From positions 30,195 through 94,194 of the forward strand of contig CAZQQI010000004.1 in assembly GCA_964595465.1 (NCBI GenBank): a stretch of DNA of 64,000 nt, read 5' to 3'. This document shows, in pieces, positions 54,001 to 63,000 of the stretch. Source of the stretch: an uncultured Planctomycetales bacterium (lineage in GTDB: Bacteria > Omnitrophota > Gorgyraeia > Zapsychrales > JANLHA01). Position 1 is the first letter of the stretch. Each line of letters begins with the position of its first letter. The notes below the pieces were generated by a model. It worked only from the letters and a program-made list of their open reading frames with translations, had not been told where the DNA came from and made no database searches. The position numbers and the translations under genes are program-made.

Positions 54001-57000
54001 TCAGGCAGCGGTTGAAAAGTTAGTGGAACAATATCAGGATGAGGATGTCGAGAGATTGGCAGCACAGATTTTTGATGATTTTGCTCAGGTTATCTTGCGT
54101 CGTCAGGATGAGCAGATGCTTAGGAAAGCTCAGCAAGAAAATGAACGGCGGGCGTTTAAGCAGTTTCAGCAGGGCATGGACGATCTGCGTAAGCAAATTA
54201 AAGATGGAAAAAAGAAAATCCTGGAAGGACAGCCGCTGCTTGATCGTATTTCCCAGCTGCTGGAACCTGTAGCGCAAAATCCGCAGGCCCGAAAATCAGC
54301 TGATGAGCTGAGGGGTGAGATTCGTGCTGCCCGGGAGGAAAAGAAGGTTGCCGCGGCGCAGCAGATCAAAGTCATTGGTAATCAGCGACTCGACACATTG
54401 GAGGCTCGCCTCAGCAAGGCTATAGCAGATCGTTTGTCTGCGGCGCGAGGGAGAACAGACAGGGAACAGGAACGGTTCAGAGAAAAATTATCGCCTGATA
54501 AGATCTTTTCGATGTGTTCAAATGGTTTGTATGTATTAGAGGAGGCGATAGAACAGGCGTCAACTGAAAAAGAAGCGCGCAGTGCATTAAAAGCCATTAA
54601 GCGAATGGGTCCGGCGATCAATAGCCTGATCGAAGCAAATCAAGCTGATGCTGATGTGTTGGAAAATTACGCCGATGTTCTTAAAGAGACTGCGCGGGAA
54701 AAAATCGCATCGTTGAAGGGTAATAATCCGGATCACGGGAAAAATCGAAGCCGGAATTCGGTTGGTCGTCACGGGCAACGCAAAGCTTTTGTCGACAGCG
54801 GGTTCCTGTTTGGAAATATTTTTTCTGGAGTCATCTTATTCAATCTTCTGGGGATTCAGCATCTGCTGGAATTCATGTCCAGATGGCATCTAGTAAAGTG
54901 GAGAGCTTTCCCCAAAAGCTTTCTGGGCGCTTGCGCCCTCCTGCTCGGGGGATTGATCGCCATCACGGTGGTTTACGCTGTAAGCCAGTTTCTGTTTTAT
55001 GTGGTGCAAGGACTGGCCAATATTGCACGAGGGATCATACATTGGATGCAGAAATTAGCCCGCGGAGAACGGTTTTTGCGCGATGCTCTATTGTGTGAAG
55101 GATTTGCGTCTGCGGTTTCTATTTTGTTTATCGCGGCGGCAGGGGGGTTGGTTTTCGTTCACTTTGATTCTGGTATTTTGCTGATGATAATTGCAGCGGG
55201 AACTCTTCGTGTGCTGAGAAACCGCATTCATAGGACAAGAAAACAGCGCAAGACTCACCGACAAAAACCGTCTTCGGACACGTCTTCGCAAAAGAAAAAA
55301 GCCCGTAAAAATATTCGGATGCTGTTGATCGGTTTGGCGTTTATCCAGATCCAGGCTGATGGTCCAACAGCTGTTCAGTATGTCGGTGTATTGCTTTCAG
55401 CAGCGGCTCTGTTTTCATTAGTCTTTTTCTGGGCCATGCAGCCGCGTGACGGTCCGGGCAAGAAAGACAGCGTTCCCTCCGCCGGATCGCGTCGATCCTG
55501 GAACCAGCGGCTGATTGCGTGGTGTCGTGACCCTCATCATGTCAGCCGGCCCCGCCTGACAAAGGTTCAAAATGTATCCCGCCATTTCGAAGGGTTCCGT
55601 TATAAGACCACCCAAAATATGTACTTTATGCCGGTAAAGTTTTCGGATGGTGAACGAGGATTTTACGTAATTAAAGACGGTCGCTTTCTGGCTAGATCAG
55701 AGCTGACCTGGAATGGTCGTTTGCGTACGGTAGATGTAAAAATGATTCTCCGTCAAAGCAGCCGGCGGAAAAAAGTTTCTTCCCGTTATATTCCTGCGGA
55801 TCCAGCCATGCCGTTAAATTTCAGCTTACGCTGGCAAGGAAGTTATGTCGATATGACTATAGCGGGGCGGGAACTGCCTTATGAATGGCGTGTGGTAGAC
55901 TTTCCCATTGGTCAGAAGATCGACACCGATCTGGGGATGCAGATCAAGCGGATTTCTGCTGAAGAACTGGAAATCGCCTGGTCCGGTATTTCTCCCCAAA
56001 AAATAAAAATGTCTGCTGCTTCCAGGGCTGAATATGATCCGGAAATTGTTCCGGTTGCAGCTCCGGAAGAGAAGAGTGCGGGATGGCAGGAGAATTGTGC
56101 TTTACGGTCATTACATCAAATTGTCCCGGATGCTTTGCAGAATAGTGTAATAGAGGCTGGCCAAAATAGTGCAGAGGATTTTGAATATCTGAAGATTTCA
56201 GATTCTGTAAAACCGGCATTATCAGCAGCAAAATTTCAGGAAATATGGGAACTGGCTCCCAAAAAAGCGCAATATAAGCTTTATGCTAAACGGGTCGGGA
56301 CATTGGCAGAGACAGACCGGATGCTCTGGCATATCTCAGCTATGCAGGGGTCAGACGAATACCATTCTCTTTATGGCTTGCTTAAACGTGGGATTATCCG
56401 GGAAAAGGATCTTATGGCCGGGGCTGCTTCTTTAGAACGGCTGCAGCCGGAAGAGGTCGTACATGCCCGGGTCAGCGAATTTTATCGCATACATAGTGAG
56501 TTTATCCGCTTATTGCCGGAATACAAGAAGGCCCGCAGGCAGAAACAGGCCGAATATCTTGAGGACATCCAGAACCAGTTTTCTTCTTATGCCGATTATA
56601 TTTCCCCCTACATTCAGGAGATCCGGTCCCGCAATGGAACTACTCAAGATGCGCTGGACCGGCTGGAGTGTTTAGATCCCGATCGCTTGAAAACGCTGGC
56701 GCGGCAATGGGGGAAACGTTTGTCTGCAATGACACCGTACTTTGAACAGGCCTTTGCCCGTCTTGACCATTTTCATCTTGATCGTTTGAATGATATCGCA
56801 GTTAACTTGACGAAGCTGCGGCTTAAGGCCCAGCTGCTGCGTCTGCAGAATGAATTGCGCGGGGATGCGTATGGACGCCAGGGGCCGATCTATCTTCTCT
56901 TTAATAGTGTGATCAAATCCTATACCCGCATTGCGCATGAACACATATGGCGCCGTTCCCGGCGGCAGGGAGATCTTCAGGGACAGAATCTGACCATGGT

Positions 57001-60000
57001 TGACGCCCAGGGACGTGTGACGTTCACCCTGTTTTATGAGCGCAAGCCGGTCCTGCGCATTGAATGTCTCGGAGCGGATCAGTATCGGTTTTATCAGATT
57101 ATATGGAAGAAGGTCGCCGTTCAAGACGGGCCGCCAGCAGTTCATCCGGTTTTAACCCCGATGGCACCGGGAGATCTTGACAAGAATCTCCGTCAGGCCC
57201 TGCATACCCTAGAGAGCATCGAGAAAGATTATTCCCATTTGATTTATCATGAGGCGGCTTTGAGACAGGCCCGGTTCCTTCTTTCAGGGAAAAGGACTGT
57301 TCCGTATGAGCGGGAGATGGCGTTGTCTTTGATCCGCGGGGTGTATTTCGGACCGCAGTCGAAGCAGAATAAAGACGGACGGAGCCGTCCCGGGAAATAC
57401 GGGCTGGCGCTTAAAACAGCGGAAGTTAGCCGTGGGCGGCGGGGAGGCTTGATCCGTCTACCCAAGATCAGCCTGGAGACGGCCTTGTCCGCGCTTGATG
57501 CCGGCGATGCCCGCACAGCACGGGAGATGCTTGCCAGTGCGCAGGAATGGATCAACGGGCGTCTGAATGTCCTCGAGCGGCAGGACCGGGGGGTTCAGAG
57601 GCGCCGGGATTATTTTTACCTATTATTCCGCGATCATATGGTTCGCCAAGCCATGCAGTCACTAGAAACCGTTCTCCGATCCGCTCCAGAGAATGATATA
57701 GAAATTCAAAAAGTACGTCTCCAGCTTGATGGTCTTATAGAACAGCATTTCAAATCCATTGCCGCAGAACAATATTATAAAAATGTTCATACCTGGTTGA
57801 GCGCTATACGTGGACTTTTGCGCACTGTTGAACGTTTGCGGTCAGCGCCTTCTGTGGAGTTTCGCACGCAGCGTATCGCCATGCAAATGCGCGGGATTAA
57901 AGAGTATATGCGCAAAATTTGGAGCGGCTTGAGTCAGGTTCGGGATAAGCGGCGAAAGAGCGGTGTCGGGAGAGGTCGGGGACAGGGCAGTAATCGCGGC
58001 AGGGATCGTAGAGGATCCGCGAGCAGTGCTGTTGTGTTTATGATGGCAGGAGCGACGGGCTTGATTATCGGCATCATGACGTCGAGTCTTTTTATCTGGT
58101 CAGGCGGAATAGTATTGTTAGGGGCGGCTGTTTATGGTTGGCGGAACGGGAAGCTGCTGTTCGTGAAGCGGCTGCGTTCTTTGGTTGTTCCGCTTGCAGG
58201 CCTCCTGCTGGTTAGCTGTTTTGTGATACTTCCGGCTGGGTGCAGAGAAAAACCCGCAGGTCAGAGTCAGGCGGAGAAGCGGCTGGTCCAGCAGCGCGCG
58301 CGAGAACGATCCAGGATTGAAGATATTGCAAGAAGAATGAACAATACAGATCCGGCCATCCGCAAGCAAGCGATGAAGGATCTTGCCGCAGTGAACTATG
58401 TTCATGACGAAGCAGTTTCCCTGCTTCTCAAGGGTCTGCATGATCCCGCGCGTGATGTACGCATGGCGGCTGTGGACAGCCTGGCAGCGCTGGGAGCAGC
58501 TGCCAGGGACGCTGTACCGGAAATGAACAAGAAGCTGTTATCGACGGATAATCAGCAGATGCAGCAGGTGCTGATCAATGCTGTTGTACGCATTGAAGGC
58601 GATGCCACGGGGTTGATCAAAAGACTAGCAGATGTTCTCCGCGGGAAGGATGCGGCAATGCGTGGTCATGCTTTTAATGTCTTGGAAAAAATTTCAGGAC
58701 ATAACGTACAGAAACAGACTGTGCTGGTTCCGCTTTTGAGAAACGATGATGCGCAGCTTCGTAAAGAAGCAGCCAAGATGCTGACCAGAACAGGATGGAT
58801 ACCGCCCAATCAGCAGGCCAGGGTCGTTTGGCTGGTCGCTCAGGAGAAAAATCAGATATTTATTCAAGAAGGGGAGAGCTCCGTACCGGCCTTGATCGCG
58901 TTGATGAATGATGACGCAGAGCATGTTCGCGACGCTGTTGCAGCTGCTCTTGCTGAAATCGGGCGTCCGGCATTTTCAGCGTTAGTCCAGGATAAGACTG
59001 ATCGTGCAGATCGTGTCCGGACATTGATGGCGCGTCAGACTGACGATCAATCGCTGTTATTGGACATGATTACGCATGAGCGGGGAATTGAGCGGGGCAA
59101 TGTCCAGCTGGCAGCAATTCAGCGTTTGGGTGAGATCGGAGATATTCATGCCGTGCCGATATTGAGAACATGCGCTAAAAACGATATCGATTATTCTGAT
59201 GATGAGAATCAGGCCGCGCGGAAGGCTCTGCAACAGATCAAACAGCGTGTCGGTCCTGCAGAGTGGTCCAGGACGGTTTCCTCGCCTATTAATTGGTCAA
59301 AATGGTGGTCTGCCGGCATGGCAGTCTTATTCACCGGAATTGTTCTATATGTTGCGGCGTTATTCCTGAGCATTATATCGAATAAGGTCATCGTTCCTGT
59401 TTGTAGCCGTCTGGCCCGCCAGGGCGACAACAATGGCAATGCCTCGGATCCAAAGCCGTCTTTGCCTGTTCTGGAGTCTTACCGCTATTTCAAACGGTCT
59501 GAAGCAAGACGAAGGCCGCCCGCCTTTCATGGCAAATTGAGAGAAATTTTAGGCGTTACGTTAATGGCTATCTTGATTGGAGTTTTTCTGAGCACAGCAT
59601 TGCGTAACCATAAGGTAATTTTAACTCTTGAAGGGTATTTCGCACTCATATTTTTTGTCGGCTTGATCCCGATAGCGATCTTTTGGTTAATGCGGATTTT
59701 AGCGACCGGTATTCCGCAGCACCTGGTTTGGACCGCGTTCTTTCCTCTCAGATATATTTTGATGATGCTTGAATACACCGGAATGAACACCGACCGCCCC
59801 CAGCAGTATTATCTCTTGCGCCGCATAAAACAGAGATTAGCATCCGGGTCCTATAAAGAGGCCGATGAGATTGTACAGAACACAGACATTAAACTCGATT
59901 GGAAGAGCAGACTTGATCTTGCTGAGATGTGGGGGGAGCGAGCAGGAATTACTCTCGATGCAGCGGAGGCATCTTATGTTAATTTTAGCCAAAGTGATGT

Positions 60001-63000
60001 GCCGGTCAGCGTACAGGAAAAAGTTGTCATAATGTGGAAAATGATCATTGAAGAAGCCCCTGTATTTGCGGCAGTATATTTTGCCGGTACCGGTTTAGTC
60101 AAAGCAAACCTATGGCAAGAGGTTGCCAGGATATGGGAGATCATCGCAGAAAAAGAACCCGCTGCTGCGGCAGAGTATTTTGCCCGTTCCGGGCTGACCG
60201 TCGAGAACGCCGGTGAAGACGTGGTTGCCATTTGGGAAATGATCGCGCGAAAGGCGCCGCAGACAGCGGCAGAGTATTTTGCCCATTCCGGGTTGACCTT
60301 AGAGAATGCTGGTGAAGACGTGGTTGCCATTTGGGAAATGATCGCGCGAAAGGGGCCGCAGGCAGCGGCAGAGCATTTTGCCCGTTCCGGGTTGACCTTA
60401 GAGAATGCTGGTGAAGACGTGGTTGCCATTTGGGAAATGATCGCGCGAAAGGCGCCGCGGGCAGCGGCAGAGTATTTTGCCCGTTCCGGGCTGACCTTCG
60501 AGAACGCCGGTAAAGACGTGGTTGCTATTTGGGAAATGATCGCGCGAAAGGATCCACTTTTAGCGGCGAAATATTTTTTCAATTCAGGATTGACGTTTGA
60601 AGATGCTCCGCATGCTGCCAATGAAGTTTGGGGGTCCATTACTCAGAACGAAAATCGCATAGTATCTAAGCCGTTTTTACGCGTATGCGAAGAGGAATAT
60701 ATTAACGGTGTAGATGCAGGGTTTGAATCCCTGAATGTCTCCGGCCTGGCGCTGGGAAGCCAGGCGTATGTAAAAGCCTTGCTGCTGGAAGAGATCGCAT
60801 ATACGGGTGAAATCAGGAAATCTTTTTCAGAGAATTTAACACAAAAAATTATTCCGGCGTTGAGAGTCTTGGAATCTTTAAGTTCGGAGTATCCCACTTT
60901 GGGGATGGAAGCCAAGCATCATAGCGATGATGAGCAGAACCAGCATATTTTCTCCCTGCAGGTTTCTATGGGGAACTATTTGAGTCAAGTAAAAACCGAA
61001 CACGAAATGGGCCTTTCATACCTGGAAAGTAACGGTTATGGAGAAATACGGGTTTTGCCGACCGTTTATCCGATTTTTATTCTTTTGGTGGAAAAAATAC
61101 GGCGGCTGGGGATCGTCGGGACCATGCTGTACTCAAGTGTGATATCCGGAGATCACTTACAGGAAGCCGGCCTGCTTTTGACGGCATTGTTTTATGCGAA
61201 TTATTCCGCGGCACCGATCAATCCGGATGGAACAAGCGATTGGATGTTTCCCGGAATCGGTGGCCGTTTTATCGGGGCAACGGTCGACCCCTGGACGGGA
61301 GAATTGGGAGATTATGATCGTTCTACAATAGGACGGTTTACGACTCAGACCAATTTTTTCCACGGTCTGATCGAGATTCCCAACCTCGAGGGCGGGGTGC
61401 GTCCCTATTTTGCTGATGATCTAGAGCGGACCTTTCTGCTGGCCTCAGCGGCTCAGGCCTATCTGCGAGGCCGAGATTTTGATGAGCGGCTTAAGCAGGT
61501 CTATCAGGAGTTCCGTCAAGAGGTCGCGAAGTTTATGATAGACCGGCTTGATTTTACGGCAGAGGAGTTCAGAAAATTATTTCCTGAACGCCATGGCGGC
61601 CATGAATATACGAAAGATGAGGATGGCCTTATACAAGTGTTGAGGCATATGGAGAAATATTTCCGCGCTGTTGTGTCTGATGACGATGAGCAAAGGCAGC
61701 AGAAGATTTTATGTCATAGGGCTTTTGGAGAGATCATTGAGCGGCACCGCAAAAAGATTAAGACAATTATGTTTCCTGGTGCGGCAGGAGATTTTCTGAC
61801 AGCGGGGATGAAAGAGGATTGGCAGGAAATTGAGCAGATCGTGATCCAGGGCATATTCTCGAATGATCCGCAAGATCGTTTTCTGTGTCAACGAGCAGCT
61901 GATTTTTATGGCAGCAACAGTTTGGTAAGAAAAGTACTCGAAAACGATAAACGGGGAACCAGTTCGAAGACACATCATAGCGCTGATTCCAAAGAAGAGC
62001 CTGCCGATCATACTTCAGACGCTCCCGGCGGAAAGCCGCGTTCTGAACAGGGTTTTATTCGAACCTCGTTGCTGGGCATTATGTTTCTTCCTTTGGCTGT
62101 GACCTTCTCTGCTGCTTATGGTGCCGCGGTGGAGAATACGATATGGCTACTGTATGTGTTTTTTGCCGGGATCCTGGTCTATGCCGTCTGGGCCGGTGGA
62201 ATAAAAAACGGTATTCATGCATTCAGTAAAAAAATGCTACAGAAGACACGCCGGTTTTTGAATCTCAATGAACATCAAGATCCAGGCCAGCACAACACAG
62301 CAAATGGATCCGTTGATGATGTGGTGTTGCAGCCCTATCATCAGGCTATGCGTGATGTTGATGAGCGTTTACGCAAGGAAATTACCTTGACTCGGGATGA
62401 TCGCAACTGGTTATGGGCCAAGAGACGGCTATTGATACAAAATTATGATGATATCCACGCAATGGCCGTACAGCATGTTATGACAGCCGAAGGCGTCGAC
62501 ATGAACCTGGCCCGGATTGAACAGGACATCCCGGCGGAAGCTGAAAAGATATCCCGTGAAGGACCAAACTGTATTACCCGTGAGTTTGTCCGCCGTGGCT
62601 GGAAGGTTATTGCTGATGATCTCGTGCGTCAGGCTGTTGAAGATCCTGCGGGGATTCTCTATGATGATCGCTTTGCTGATCCGTTCTTCCGCGTTATGCC
62701 GATTCTGTACAGGATCGGGCCGGACATGGCGAGAACCATTTTTGTTAAAAGGGTGGGCGCTCGACTGTACCACGTTGTCAGCGCTCCGGGAGATGGAGCA
62801 GAGCTCCGTCTCATAGATCTGTATGGCCAGGAGGATGCCTGGGTCGGATCGGACAAGCATCCAGATAAATCGCGTCATATATTTTTTCATCCGGAAGAAA
62901 ACGTTTTCCAGTATTTCCTATCTACAGCCCTAAAGGTTATTAGACGCTCATTTTATTTTGTTAAGCGTGGGCTGGTTCACTATATCGTTCTAGCGGTGCT

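Noticed and set aside
60020-60640. Tandem repeat as a CRISPR array
   Set aside because: 99 bp in-frame coding units with no unique spacers; no cas genes
60880-61400. Carboxylate-amine ligase-like TLGME...GEIR pattern
   Set aside because: Only two short motifs; cannot be supported without a profile search
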